Assembly (NCBI GenBank): GCA_019058445.1
Contig: JAHPZA010000004.1
Coordinates: forward strand, 160,001 to 224,000
Direction: 5' to 3'
DNA from: Promethearchaeota archaeon
GTDB lineage: Archaea > Asgardarchaeota > Lokiarchaeia > Sigyniarchaeales > SOKP01
Length of the DNA stretch: 64,000 nucleotides
Shown here: positions 1 through 10,591 of the stretch, one piece after another
Position numbering within the stretch: the stretch's first letter is position 1
How the letters are laid out: each line of letters begins with the position of its first letter
Program-made: the position numbers and the translations under genes
The notes under the pieces: generated by a model
Database searches by the model: none
Seen by the model: the letters and a program-made list of their open reading frames with translations, nothing else
Told to the model about the DNA's origin: nothing

Positions 1-1
1 G

Positions 2-397
2 CGAATTATCCGAAAAGTTTATGATGAAACTTTAGCGGTGGCTAAAGCACTTGGGTTCAGAATGCGAGAATTTGAAGATGAGCAGTTTAGAAATCCCTGT
101 AGTGTTATGTGCGTAGATTTTTGGGCTCCATTTGATAAAGGAGGGATTGTGGCTAATATGAGAGGGCCCTCAAGTATATATAATAGGTATATTACCGAAG
201 ATCTACCTTATGGGTTGGTACATAGATCCCAATTAGGAGATTTAGTAAACGTCCCTACACCTATTATTGATTCTATAATCAATTTAGGATCAGGTATCTG
301 TGAAAGTAATTTCTGGGAAGGCCGAACTTTAGTAGACCTGGGTTTAGATGGGATGACTAAAGAGCGAATTATGGAATATCTCCAAAAAGGATCTTAA
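2..397 (+). CDS. NAD/NADP octopine/nopaline (opine) dehydrogenase family, C-terminal part (5' truncated by window)
   Basis: Frame is open from nt 2 (RIIRKVYDETLAVAKALG...). The motif RYITEDLPYGLV...LGDLVNVPTPIIDSII is typical of the opine dehydrogenase alpha-helical domain. Confidence 0.85.
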   Translation, partial: RIIRKVYDETLAVAKALGFRMREFEDEQFRNPCSVMCVDFWAPFDKGGIVANMRGPSSIYNRYITEDLPYGLVHRSQLGDLVNVPTPIIDSIINLGSGICESNFWEGRTLVDLGLDGMTKERIMEYLQKGS

Positions 398-421
398 ATT
401 ATAATTTGTGAGTTGATATAT

Positions 422-2044
422 ATGAGTTATGATATTATTATCAAGAATGGGAAAATCATCGATGGCGCGGGAAATCCATGTTATTCTGCAGATATTGGAA
501 TTAAGGACGGAATTATTGAAAAAATTCGTCCGAAGTTAAAAGACGATGCAGATAAAGAAATTGATGCAAATGGCTTAATCGTATGTCCTGGTTTTATTGA
601 TATGCATACGCATACAGACTTTTTGTTAGCAATTTATACCAAGATGGATTCTGCTATACGCCAAGGAATAACAACAAGCGTAGTTGGGATGTGTGGGGAA
701 AGTATGGCTCCTATCCCTCAAGAAAAATTAGATGAATTTAAAAAACTTTTTAGTAGTCTTACTCCCATGGGAGGAGATTTAAAGATTACATGGAATACTT
801 ATAGAGAATATCTTGAAGAACTGGATAAGCTCCGGATCCCGGGTAATATAGTTCCTGTCGTTGGTTTTGCTCCTATTCGAATAGCAGGAGGACCGGGGTA
901 CGAAAATCGTCCTCCAATCCCTCAAGAGATTAAGAAAATGAGATCTTACGTTAAAGAAGCAATGGAAGCAGGGGCATTTGGATTAAGTACGGGTTTAATT
1001 TATGCTCCACAGGTCTTCGCAAAAACAGAAGAAATAATTGAACTCGCGAAGGTCGTTGGTGAATATAATGGTCTATACTTTTCACATATACGTGGTGAGG
1101 GTAAGAATTTAATCAGTTCAGTTAAAGAGGTTATTAAGATAGTTGAAAAATCTAGTTGTGCAGGAGGGCAAATTGCTCATCATAAGGTCGCGGGTAAAAA
1201 ATATTGGGGGGCGAGTAAAGAGACTATTCGGTTGATGGAAGAAGCAAATGCTCGAGGGATAAGTATCACATGTGATCAATATCCTTATAATCGGGGCCAA
1301 TCTGGTCTTATGACAAGTTTACCTCCATGGGCTCGTGAGGGAGGCAAGGAAAAAATACTTGAACGCTTAAATAATCCTGAAGATAGAGAACGTATCAAGA
1401 AAGATATACTTACACCTTCAGATGAATGGGAAAATTGGATTGAAACTAGCGGATTTGATCATATTTATATCACTTTTTTTAAAAATAAGGAATGGAAGGA
1501 GCTTGAGGGAAGGAGTATTTCAGAAATTACTAAAGTTAAGGGAAAGACTAACGATTTTGAAACTTATTTCGAGATTCTGATAAATGAAAATGCAGATGTA
1601 AATATTACTATAGAATCTATGGATGAAGAGGATATTCGTCGAATCATGACGAGCCGTTATCAGATGATTGGAACTGATGCAACTGCCAGTCCGCATCTAC
1701 CTGATTTTAAGATTTTCCACCCCCGTACGTTCGGTACTTATCCGAGGTTGTTAGGGAAGTATGTTCGAGAAGAAAAACTGTTAACCATGGAAGATGCAAT
1801 TCGGAAAATGACCTCTTTTCCAGCTCAAAAACTCGGTCTGAGGGATAGGGGATTAGTAAGAGAAGATAATTGGGCTGATATTGTAATATTCAATCCAGAT
1901 ACAATAAAAGATATAGCAACATTTGAAAACCCTCATCAATTCCCAGAAGGAATACTTCATGTTATAATCAATGGAGTTATCGTTGTAGAAAACGAAAAAC
2001 AACGGAAAAAATATCCAGGAAAAGTAATACGAAGGCCAAATTAA
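422..2044 (+). CDS. N-acyl-D-amino-acid deacylase (D-aminoacylase, amidohydrolase superfamily)
   Basis: PGFIDMHTHTD, QGITTSVVGMCG, GAFGLSTGLIYAP, SHIRGE, DQYPY, HPRTFGTYPR motifs. ATG at 422 is preferred over TTG at 413. Confidence 0.92.
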   Translation: MSYDIIIKNGKIIDGAGNPCYSADIGIKDGIIEKIRPKLKDDADKEIDANGLIVCPGFIDMHTHTDFLLAIYTKMDSAIRQGITTSVVGMCGESMAPIPQEKLDEFKKLFSSLTPMGGDLKITWNTYREYLEELDKLRIPGNIVPVVGFAPIRIAGGPGYENRPPIPQEIKKMRSYVKEAMEAGAFGLSTGLIYAPQVFAKTEEIIELAKVVGEYNGLYFSHIRGEGKNLISSVKEVIKIVEKSSCAGGQIAHHKVAGKKYWGASKETIRLMEEANARGISITCDQYPYNRGQSGLMTSLPPWAREGGKEKILERLNNPEDRERIKKDILTPSDEWENWIETSGFDHIYITFFKNKEWKELEGRSISEITKVKGKTNDFETYFEILINENADVNITIESMDEEDIRRIMTSRYQMIGTDATASPHLPDFKIFHPRTFGTYPRLLGKYVREEKLLTMEDAIRKMTSFPAQKLGLRDRGLVREDNWADIVIFNPDTIKDIATFENPHQFPEGILHVIINGVIVVENEKQRKKYPGKVIRRPN

Positions 2045-2085
2045 CATTAGTTTTGATAAAATAGTGAAATGAAATATATTTTTTT

Positions 2086-2526
2086 TCATTTCAATTCTAT
2101 TAATTCTTTTATTTGAAACTTCAATAATTTCTTGAGTTTAGGCCAATGCTTAATCACCTTCCCCGAAATAATAATATCACCACTTTCTATGTACCCCCAT
2201 GGGTGCGTTGGATAAATTATTCCAAATAGTATCTTCATACTTAGTTCCGATGTACAATAAAAGGTAAATGTAGGATCTTCAATGACTCCCTCTCCATATT
2301 CAAACAATTCATCTTCAACACTAAACCAAAATTCTTTATCCCAATCTGAAACAATATGTTGGACTTTCAACCTCATTTTCTTTAATTTTTTTGATAAATC
2401 TTTATGTTTTTCATAGACTTCTTTAAGCATCTCATAAGCATTTAGTAAATCCTCAGAATTAATGATTTCTATATTGTTTTGGACCTTTTCTTTAAGTTTT
2501 CTTAATAATTCTTTATTTAACATCAA
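2086..2526 (-). CDS. SCP2 sterol/lipid-binding domain protein
   Basis: VQHIVSDWDKEFWFSVED..FEYGEGVIEDPTFTF....ILFG......YIESGDIIISG matches the SCP2 pattern. Confidence 0.7.
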   Translation of the reverse strand: MMLNKELLRKLKEKVQNNIEIINSEDLLNAYEMLKEVYEKHKDLSKKLKKMRLKVQHIVSDWDKEFWFSVEDELFEYGEGVIEDPTFTFYCTSELSMKILFGIIYPTHPWGYIESGDIIISGKVIKHWPKLKKLLKFQIKELIELK

Positions 2527-2632
2527 GCTTATCCTAGTTTTGATTTTTTTTTACGATACTAAGAGTAATTAAACCAATAGTGTTAATTGCATTCCACTTA
2601 AAAACATTTCATCTAAAAATTAAATCTTAAAA

Positions 2633-3598
2633 TTAAGAGGGATTTAATTTTCGCATTATCTCTTCAGCTTGTTTCACTACACGCTCAATAAGTTCTTTTA
2701 CTGTGGGAATATCTTCACATAGTCCAAGTCCTTGTCCAATGGTCATCATACCTGCATCTACATCTCCTTCTTCATACATCTTTCTGGTAAACATTCCCGA
2801 TGCTGCCTTAAAAAGTTCCGTATCAGGAGCACCTGACTCTTCTAATTCGAGGATATTTTGAGCAGCTGGATTGTGCCATACTCGAAGTGCATTATTAACA
2901 GATCTCAGAACGATTGTAGTATCATACGGGGTACAATTAAGAAGCGCTTTTTTTAAATTATCATGGATGGGACATTCTTTAGTGATAAGTAATCGAGATC
3001 CTATTAAAACTCCTTCTGCTCCTAATGCTAAAGCAGCAGCTAATCCTCTCCCATCAACAACACCACCTCCCGCAATAACGGGTATATCTATAGCATCTAC
3101 AGTTGCAGGTGTTAGTACAAAAGTGCCAATATCAAATTTTCCCACATGGCCACCATTCTCCCAGCCAACCACCTCCACAATATCAGCTCCAAGTGAAGCT
3201 GCTTTCTTTGCATAACGTACACCAGCACATTTGTGCATCCAGGTAATGTTGTGTTCTTTGAAAAGATGAAGGAATTTTTCGGGTGCTTCATGACCAGATG
3301 TTTCGATTATTTTTACCCCTTCATCAATCATTACTTTCAAATGTTTCATTTGGTTTGGAGGTTTCAGCATAGGAAATAAATTCATATTCACCGCAAATGG
3401 CTCTTTAACCAGGCTCTTAAGTTTTTGCAATGCTTCTCGCAATAGTTCAGCTTTCCTATATATAGCTGAAGCTAAAATACCAAGCCCGCCTGCGTTTGAG
3501 CATACAGCAGTGAATTCGGGACCTGTTAAAGCCATCATTGTGCCACATATGACAGGATTTTTAATTCCCAAAATTTCTGTGACTTTTGTTTTTATCAT
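2633..3598 (-). CDS. nitronate monooxygenase / FabK-like flavin oxidoreductase
   Basis: TKVTEILGIKNPVI, NAGGLGIL, ENGGHVG, IPVIAGGGVVDGRGLAAALALGAEGVLIGSR. Confidence 0.9.
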   Translation of the reverse strand: MIKTKVTEILGIKNPVICGTMMALTGPEFTAVCSNAGGLGILASAIYRKAELLREALQKLKSLVKEPFAVNMNLFPMLKPPNQMKHLKVMIDEGVKIIETSGHEAPEKFLHLFKEHNITWMHKCAGVRYAKKAASLGADIVEVVGWENGGHVGKFDIGTFVLTPATVDAIDIPVIAGGGVVDGRGLAAALALGAEGVLIGSRLLITKECPIHDNLKKALLNCTPYDTTIVLRSVNNALRVWHNPAAQNILELEESGAPDTELFKAASGMFTRKMYEEGDVDAGMMTIGQGLGLCEDIPTVKELIERVVKQAEEIMRKLNPS

Positions 3599-3821
3599 TT
3601 TTTTTATTCTCCAAAATATTGAATACGTATTGAGCTTAGTTTATTCATTATCTTTTTTTAAATTAATCTTTTCACAGAATCCTAATCTTTTTTGAAAGTG
3701 AAAATCTTGATATTAAAATAAATATTTGAAATACTTAGGTTAAAAATCAGTGTTTTGATGATTAGAAAATAAATAAAGGCTAATTTATGATTTTTTATTA
3801 GCTTTAAGGTGAACTAACTTA

Positions 3822-5252
3822 ATGATGAAAAAAGTATTAATCATTGGTTCTGGTATTGGTGGCTCCGGCTTCGGCGCTCTTTTGATCAATACAAGAAATT
3901 ACGAAATTGAATTATTCGAAAAAAATTCCTTAATTGGCGGGAGATTTTCAACATATGAAAAAGAGGGGTGGAAGTTAGATGTGGGTTGTCATCTAATTGC
4001 TAATTGCGAGAATGGGCCAATTGGATGGATCTTAAATGAGATTGGGAGAGCTAACGATGTAAAATGGTCTTATGCGCGGAACCCCACGCCTAAGTTTTTT
4101 TATATTGACAAATTTCTATTATTCCCTCGGGAATTGATTAGGTTAAATATTTCAAGTAAGGATTTAAAGAATTTACTGAGCTTAATGAAAGATTTAAATT
4201 CATTTTCAGAAACCGAGTTACAAAAATTAGAGGAGGAACAAGTTGATATGCGCACATTTCTCTCTAATTATACTAAAAATATGAAAGTTCTTTCTTTGTT
4301 TTCATTTTTTGCCGGATTATATTTTGTAATTCCTGATTTCTTGACTCCTGCGAGCGAATGGATTCGATGCCAACGTGACATTTTAAATTTTAAAACTTCG
4401 GGATATCCAATCGGAGGAACCATCAGTATTCCAAAAGCATTTTGTAAGTTTATAGAAGATAATGGAGGTAAAGTCCACACGAATACAGAAGTAAAGGAAA
4501 TTGTAATTGAGAATGGTAAAGCAATTGGAATTCGGACGGATCAAGGTATAATTAAAGGAGATTTAATAATATCCAATGTTGGAGTAAAAACTACAGTTCA
4601 AACTTTAATTGCAAAGGAATTAGTAGACACAGAATATTTCAAAAAAATTAATTCATATGAATACTCTCTCGCAACCATTCAAACGAAAATTGCGTTGGAT
4701 AGAAAAATAACTGATGAAAAAATGATAATGTTTGTAGGACAAGAAATTTCGCAGGATAATTGGGATAAAAAAGCATTTGAAGAAAAAAATTTTATGAAAC
4801 TTCTTCAGGATGTCGATTTCCATCCCATATTGTTTATTCCTATTGTTTCTAATTTAGATCCTTCTCTTGTTCCAGAAGGGAAACAATTAATTATTGCGGG
4901 TGGTGGATGCCCGACTCCAAGTCAAGGATTTAACAATGAGGATCATAAAAAAATGTGGGAAGGTGCTATTATTAGAAGCTTAGAAAAAATTTTTCCTAGT
5001 ATTCGCAATCATATTTTATGGACCGAAACAACAAGTCCAGAAGATATTAATAATTTCGTGAACAAGGATGGAACTGTTATTGGAATTGGGCAAACTACTG
5101 AACAAGTTGGCATCAATAGACCTTCTCATGAAATCCCAGGAATAAAAAACGCTTTTTGCTGTGGGGCAGATACAGGAAGGACGGGAATAGGAGGAGAATT
5201 AGCAGCTAATTCTGCTATAGAATTATATAAGAAAATTTTGAAAAATAATTAA
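3822..5252 (+). CDS. phytoene desaturase family FAD-dependent oxidoreductase
   Basis: N-terminal IIGSGIGG dinucleotide-binding motif, EKNSLIGGR, YPIGG, DPSLVPEGK. Confidence 0.85.
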   Translation: MMKKVLIIGSGIGGSGFGALLINTRNYEIELFEKNSLIGGRFSTYEKEGWKLDVGCHLIANCENGPIGWILNEIGRANDVKWSYARNPTPKFFYIDKFLLFPRELIRLNISSKDLKNLLSLMKDLNSFSETELQKLEEEQVDMRTFLSNYTKNMKVLSLFSFFAGLYFVIPDFLTPASEWIRCQRDILNFKTSGYPIGGTISIPKAFCKFIEDNGGKVHTNTEVKEIVIENGKAIGIRTDQGIIKGDLIISNVGVKTTVQTLIAKELVDTEYFKKINSYEYSLATIQTKIALDRKITDEKMIMFVGQEISQDNWDKKAFEEKNFMKLLQDVDFHPILFIPIVSNLDPSLVPEGKQLIIAGGGCPTPSQGFNNEDHKKMWEGAIIRSLEKIFPSIRNHILWTETTSPEDINNFVNKDGTVIGIGQTTEQVGINRPSHEIPGIKNAFCCGADTGRTGIGGELAANSAIELYKKILKNN

Positions 5253-5303
5253 GTATTCTTCAGAACTTGAATTTTGATATAAAATGAAATATTTCTAATT
5301 ACC

Positions 5304-6434
5304 ATGAATATATTAACTTCCAAAGAATACTATGATAAAGTTTTAGGTTCTTGGTTAGGAAGAGTTGCCGGAGATTTCGTAGGAGCTCCCGTGGAATTTC
5401 AACCGTATTCCCTTATAAAAGAGAAGTATGGAGATATAACATATTATCCAGAGCCAATTGACTTAAATCAAGTGAATGATGATGAAATGTATGAAATTTG
5501 TGCTCTAGTAGCACTAGAAAAACACGGAATTAACCTTACTGCAAATGAAATTGCCCTAGAATGGATTAATCTCCTTTATAAGCTTAATTTCACTGCAGAA
5601 GAAGTAGCCTTAAAAAACCTTCGAAATGGAATATGGCCGCCTGAGTCAGGAACACATAATAATTTTTATTTTGATGCGATTGGAGCACAAATGAGAGCTG
5701 ATATTTGGGGGCAAATCGCCCCGGGATGTCCAGAAATAACTAAATATTTTGCTGAAATGGATGGTTGTATCTCACATGCGGGAATTGGAGTGGAGGGAGA
5801 AGTATTTGTAGCTATTTTGCTCTCCCAAGCTTTTTTTGAAAACGATATCATAACTAACATACAAAACGCTCTTAATTTTGTTCCGCCTGCTGAACAAAGT
5901 CTATATACCCAAATGGTAAACACTTCACTTGAGATATTTGAAAAATATCCAGATGATTTTAGAAAAGCTCGAGATGCGCTTATAGAATATTGGAATGATG
6001 TTCGAAAAAATAAATTACCTCAATCTGGAATTAAAGGTTCTCTCTCTGAATCAATTCTCAATAGAAAAAGAAAGATGTTTTTAAAAGGTCGTCATTCAGG
6101 AGTGCATGTGTTACCTAATATTGGTATAATAGTTCTTTCGCTCATATATGGAGTACAGGATAAGGAAGACCCATTGGGAAGATCTATTTGTATAGCTGCG
6201 ATGATGGGTCTTGATACAGATTGCAATTGTGGAAACATTGGAGCTATCCTTGGAGCGCAGTTAGGTGCTGAAAAAATACCCTCAAAATGGAAGGAACCTT
6301 TAGAAGATACTTTCTCAACTTATGTAAAAGGGTACGAAAAATGGAAAATTAGTGAACTGGCTCGAAGGATTTGCGATATTGGAAAGAAAATTGTAAACGA
6401 AAAATGTCAAGATATAATTGAAATTTTAGAATAA
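5304..6434 (+). CDS. ADP-ribosylglycohydrolase family protein
   Basis: GSWLGRVAGDFVGAPVE, NDDE, IGAQMRADIWG, GLDTDCNCGNIGAILGAQLG..IPSKW. Confidence 0.9.
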   Translation: MNILTSKEYYDKVLGSWLGRVAGDFVGAPVEFQPYSLIKEKYGDITYYPEPIDLNQVNDDEMYEICALVALEKHGINLTANEIALEWINLLYKLNFTAEEVALKNLRNGIWPPESGTHNNFYFDAIGAQMRADIWGQIAPGCPEITKYFAEMDGCISHAGIGVEGEVFVAILLSQAFFENDIITNIQNALNFVPPAEQSLYTQMVNTSLEIFEKYPDDFRKARDALIEYWNDVRKNKLPQSGIKGSLSESILNRKRKMFLKGRHSGVHVLPNIGIIVLSLIYGVQDKEDPLGRSICIAAMMGLDTDCNCGNIGAILGAQLGAEKIPSKWKEPLEDTFSTYVKGYEKWKISELARRICDIGKKIVNEKCQDIIEILE

Positions 6435-6454
6435 AATCAAGGAGTCTTTAATTT

Positions 6455-7933
6455 ATGACAATTTTAGCTATTGATGTTGGAACTCAAAGTATTCGAGCAG
6501 CAATAGTTAGTAAAGACGGAAAAATTTTAGAAATTTCACAGAAACAACAAGAAGTAGATAGTCCATGTCCGGGGTGGGTCCAACAACGGCCACAGCTTTG
6601 GTGGGATCTAATTAAACAGGCGATTAGTGAACTTGTAAAAAAAACTAAAATTGATATTAATTCGATTCAAGGTATTAGCACGTGTGGCCAAATGCATGGA
6701 CCTGTAGGCATTGATGATCATGGCGAAATAACAACAGAATGGACTCAGATATGGATGGATAAGCGCTGTGAAAATATTTGTGATAAGATAAAAAAAGAAC
6801 ATGATGAGTCTGATCTTGCCAATATTACCGGAAATCCTATTACTACAGGATGGCCAGGAGTCAAAGTTCGATGGATAAAAGATAATCAACCAGAAGTTTA
6901 CGAAAAAACCAAGGTATTTTTGGTTCCTAAGGATTTTATTAATTTTAAACTAACAGGTGTGGAGGCTACTGATCCAAGCGAAGCATCAGGGACATACATT
7001 TATGATTTTAAATCCGATAGTTATAATAACCAAATGGCTAAAATTCTTGACATTGATCTCAGTAAATTCGCACCTATATCTGAATCTTATGAAACTATTG
7101 GATATATTAAGGAGGAGGTTTCTAATGAACTTAGAATACCTGCCAATATCCCTGTAGTGGCTGGAGGTGGAGATTTTATTGTTTCATTATTAGGATTAGG
7201 TTTAGTAGGGGAAGGAACAGCAGTTGATATGACAGGAACAAGTACGCTTTTTGTAGTTCATAAAGATGAACCTATAATTCACCCCTCAGTCCAAAATTTA
7301 CGACATGTGATAAAAGGTTGGTTATCCTTTACAATGTTAGATACTGGTGGATTGAGTATGAAATGGTGTAAAGATTTTCTCAGTTCTATTGGTAAGGAAG
7401 AGATAACCTATGAACAAATGATTAATATGGCAAATAAGATACCCATAGGAAGTGAAGGACTGATATTTTACCCTTATATGCTTGGTGAACGCCGGCAAGA
7501 AAATACTATGGCGAGAGGGTGTTTTTATGGTCTAACTTTAAATCATAATGCGGCGCATTTAGCTCGATCAGTAATGGAGGGAGTTGCCTTGGCAATTGGT
7601 AAGGATGTTCAGAATTTTAGAGATTTGGGAGTAAACCTTAAACAAGTATTCTGCATAGGTGGTGCTACGCGCAATAAATTATTATATCAAATTAAAGCGG
7701 ATGTAATGCAACTGCCGCAGATTTTAACTGAAGAGCCAGAAGCAAGTTTAAGAGGTTGCGGTCTATTAGCAGCTTTCGGATTAGGACTAATTAAAAATTT
7801 AGAAGAAACTGCTAAGCTTAAAGATTCAAATAATATTGTCATTAATCCCAATAAATCCTCATCAGAAAAATATAAAAAACTTCTAGAGGAGTTTAAGCGG
7901 ATGTATGAACATCTAATTGGGTATTGGAGTTAA
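6455..7933 (+). CDS. FGGY-family carbohydrate kinase (xylulokinase-like)
   Basis: AIDVGTQS, GQMHG, WMDKR, TDPSEASGT, GGGD, TGTS, PYMLGER. Confidence 0.9.
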   Translation: MTILAIDVGTQSIRAAIVSKDGKILEISQKQQEVDSPCPGWVQQRPQLWWDLIKQAISELVKKTKIDINSIQGISTCGQMHGPVGIDDHGEITTEWTQIWMDKRCENICDKIKKEHDESDLANITGNPITTGWPGVKVRWIKDNQPEVYEKTKVFLVPKDFINFKLTGVEATDPSEASGTYIYDFKSDSYNNQMAKILDIDLSKFAPISESYETIGYIKEEVSNELRIPANIPVVAGGGDFIVSLLGLGLVGEGTAVDMTGTSTLFVVHKDEPIIHPSVQNLRHVIKGWLSFTMLDTGGLSMKWCKDFLSSIGKEEITYEQMINMANKIPIGSEGLIFYPYMLGERRQENTMARGCFYGLTLNHNAAHLARSVMEGVALAIGKDVQNFRDLGVNLKQVFCIGGATRNKLLYQIKADVMQLPQILTEEPEASLRGCGLLAAFGLGLIKNLEETAKLKDSNNIVINPNKSSSEKYKKLLEEFKRMYEHLIGYWS

Positions 7934-8634
7934 GTGATAATATACGATTTTTCAAGTTTCCATGCACCATAGCAGATAATTGATCCGTAGACTATACCTG
8001 AATATGAGAACACCTTTTGCATAGTTACAATCAATTTCAGTTCATTTTTTGTATTGATAGGACCAACCATTATCATTAGACCTATAAAAATAATTGCAAC
8101 AAGCATATAGCACATTAAAACATAAGCATAATGGTTAGGGTACTCTTCATTATGAGTCACTGCTAATATGTAGAAGAAAATAGTGATGACTGTTGTTACA
8201 AAGGATGTCTCAGCAAATCTATCATGAGCTTCCGGATATATATTCCATGGAGTTAGCCCTGCACCAATAATGGAAATTCCAATAATAACTCCGAATAAAG
8301 AAGTCAAGGTGATTAATCTTTTCTGATTTTTGGTTTTAAAAAAATGTATTATTGTGATGTAAAATAAAATTGAAGAGATTCCTGATATGATCATAGAAAT
8401 TGTAAATAATATATATGAAACGGGATTAGGGTAGCCAGAGTAGGATCTTGTTAATCCTAAATCACTAATAAAATTAGAAAAGAAAGAATATCCTTGGACG
8501 TTTGGATCGAGACGCGTTCCCCCAGGATAAAAAAACATAGCAATATGTATAAGGATAAAATATTGAATGATACTTGCAATGTTAAAGATGAAAATCCGTT
8601 CCCGCCATTTTTCGAGATCCATATAACTCATCAC
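7930..8634 (-). CDS. DUF998-like multi-pass membrane protein (paralog A)
   Basis: About 6 hydrophobic segments; AMFFYPGG...GYSFFSNFISDLG and TPWN...AH motifs shared with the adjacent ORF. Confidence 0.7.
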   Translation of the reverse strand: MMSYMDLEKWRERIFIFNIASIIQYFILIHIAMFFYPGGTRLDPNVQGYSFFSNFISDLGLTRSYSGYPNPVSYILFTISMIISGISSILFYITIIHFFKTKNQKRLITLTSLFGVIIGISIIGAGLTPWNIYPEAHDRFAETSFVTTVITIFFYILAVTHNEEYPNHYAYVLMCYMLVAIIFIGLMIMVGPINTKNELKLIVTMQKVFSYSGIVYGSIICYGAWKLEKSYIIT

Positions 8635-8668
8635 CTAGAGTTTGAGATCTTTAAAGCATTAGTTTATT

Positions 8669-9316
8669 TTAGGTTTCGGATTTCTCCAACATCCATGCAC
8701 CATATCCTTGAATAAAAAGACATATAAGAGAACTAAAAGTTGTAATTTTTTGAAGGGTAACTATAATTACTAAATCTCCTAGTGCAGTATCATACGTTGC
8801 TAATAGAGAAATAATAATACTTATCATCCAAATTCCAGTAAGAACTAAAAAGGTGAAAGCATATCGATTTGGATATTTCTTATTATGCAACATAGCAATC
8901 GAATAAAAAACTAAGCTTAAAACTACAACTATTGGTTGAATGCCGGCGAAGATACCATGAGCAACAGTATAGATATCCCATGGAGTAAATGCAATCCCAA
9001 TCAAGGTAATAGCGGAAAAAATTCCAAAAACAGTTCCCAATTTGCTTAATCGCTTTTCATCCTGATTTTCTTCAAAAAAATGAGTAACTGCTATCAAAAA
9101 AGGAATTAGTAAAATGCCAAACAAGGAATATACTATTGTAAAAAATATACTCGATATAGTATTTGGTTTTCCCGAATACCCTCTAGTTCTGCCTAAATCA
9201 CTCAGAAAATTTGTCCAAAAAGAATAACCTTGAGCATCAGGATTATTTAATGATCCTCCAGCATAAAAAAACATTGAAACACTGATAAAAATAGTATATT
9301 GGATTGGAATTATCAT
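8669..9316 (-). CDS. DUF998-like multi-pass membrane protein (paralog B), N-terminus probably frameshifted
   Basis: SMFFYAGG...GYSFWTNFLSDLG, TPWD...AH. Homology to paralog A continues in frame upstream of 9316 (KPKDWRNWSYIFV) but there is no in-frame start there. Confidence 0.7.
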   Translation of the reverse strand: MIIPIQYTIFISVSMFFYAGGSLNNPDAQGYSFWTNFLSDLGRTRGYSGKPNTISSIFFTIVYSLFGILLIPFLIAVTHFFEENQDEKRLSKLGTVFGIFSAITLIGIAFTPWDIYTVAHGIFAGIQPIVVVLSLVFYSIAMLHNKKYPNRYAFTFLVLTGIWMISIIISLLATYDTALGDLVIIVTLQKITTFSSLICLFIQGYGAWMLEKSET

Positions 9317-9437
9317 TACAAAAATGTAGCTCCAGTTTCTCCAATCTTTAGGTTTCGTTTTTGTTTTTTAGATAAAAAATGTTGCATGATATTATATTTA
9401 AAGTTATTATTAAATAATCAAATAGAAATGGTTAGGA

Positions 9438-10589
9438 TTAATAGTTCCCAAATTCTTGAATTGCTTTATAGCAAGCAACTATATTCTCTGCGGGTTGATC
9501 TAATAGGAAATTAGTAGGGCCTGGAATAAATCCTCCTTTTTTACCTAAAGTTTGTATACTTTTTTTAATTGAATTTCTCACAAATTCAGGAGATTCATAT
9601 TTTAACATTTCGGAATCGTCAATAGTTCCAACCAGAGTGATTTCTGGATATTTTTCTCGGTACATCTTCAAATCGTTATTTTTCGGTTTTAAAGATTCCA
9701 CACCATCTATTCCAATTTCTACAAAATCAGGGAAAACTTCTCCAATTGCCCCACAACTATGTATTAAAAATTTTGCTCCTTCATCATGGGCCATTTTTAC
9801 ATACCTCGCGAGAATAGGCTTGATAAACCTTCGCCATAATTTAGGGGGAAGTTGTAATCCATCATTATATCCATAGTCATCGCCGCACATTACTACCTCC
9901 GGCTTAGTCTTCAATATCATTTTCATCATTGGCTCTTCAATTGTTTCCCATTGAAATTCTATATGTTGTTCAAGAAAGCTGGGCTCTTTTCTTGCGAATC
10001 TCGCAAAATTAGCATGGCCTATACCAAATACGCAATTCTCGAATGGACCAGGCTGGCCTTGAGACACCACTATATCGTATTTTTTTAACATATTTTTTCG
10101 AATTTTCGCGAAATTTCGAATACTCTCCTTTGTTGGTCTTAAATCATTCGCTCTACTCCAATAATCCTCAATATTTTCCTTTTTTAGAAGAGCAGGACCC
10201 GCATACCACCAATGTGGAATTCCCTCATCACGAACCACAATTTTAAAATATCCCCCACTATGAATTATATAATCATTAATACTTTCAAGTTTAATGGGTA
10301 ATCCCATATTTGGATTTTGCCAACATAAGTCAATTTTAGCATCAAGGCCACCAGATAATATCTCGGGAGGGCAAAATTTTGCTATTATAGCGTGCATGTA
10401 TGGTATTCCATATGATACGTTATCCTTATCTAAATGTTGAATATCCTCGTCTGTTAATGCATATGGAGAATTCATAAATTTTTCTACAAAATCAAAATCT
10501 CCACCTAAACAAAAGCTTGGAACCCTGTCAGGAATTTTTCCTTCCAAAACGGTTAAAATTCTTTCTAAAGCGGTCATTTTTTCAACCAT
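9438..10589 (-). CDS. uroporphyrinogen decarboxylase / MtaA-CmuA methyltransferase family protein
   Basis: MTALERILTVLEGKIPDRVP, GDDYG, IHSCG, GIDGVESL, GGFIPG. Confidence 0.85.
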   Translation of the reverse strand: MVEKMTALERILTVLEGKIPDRVPSFCLGGDFDFVEKFMNSPYALTDEDIQHLDKDNVSYGIPYMHAIIAKFCPPEILSGGLDAKIDLCWQNPNMGLPIKLESINDYIIHSGGYFKIVVRDEGIPHWWYAGPALLKKENIEDYWSRANDLRPTKESIRNFAKIRKNMLKKYDIVVSQGQPGPFENCVFGIGHANFARFARKEPSFLEQHIEFQWETIEEPMMKMILKTKPEVVMCGDDYGYNDGLQLPPKLWRRFIKPILARYVKMAHDEGAKFLIHSCGAIGEVFPDFVEIGIDGVESLKPKNNDLKMYREKYPEITLVGTIDDSEMLKYESPEFVRNSIKKSIQTLGKKGGFIPGPTNFLLDQPAENIVACYKAIQEFGNY

Positions 10590-10591
10590 TC

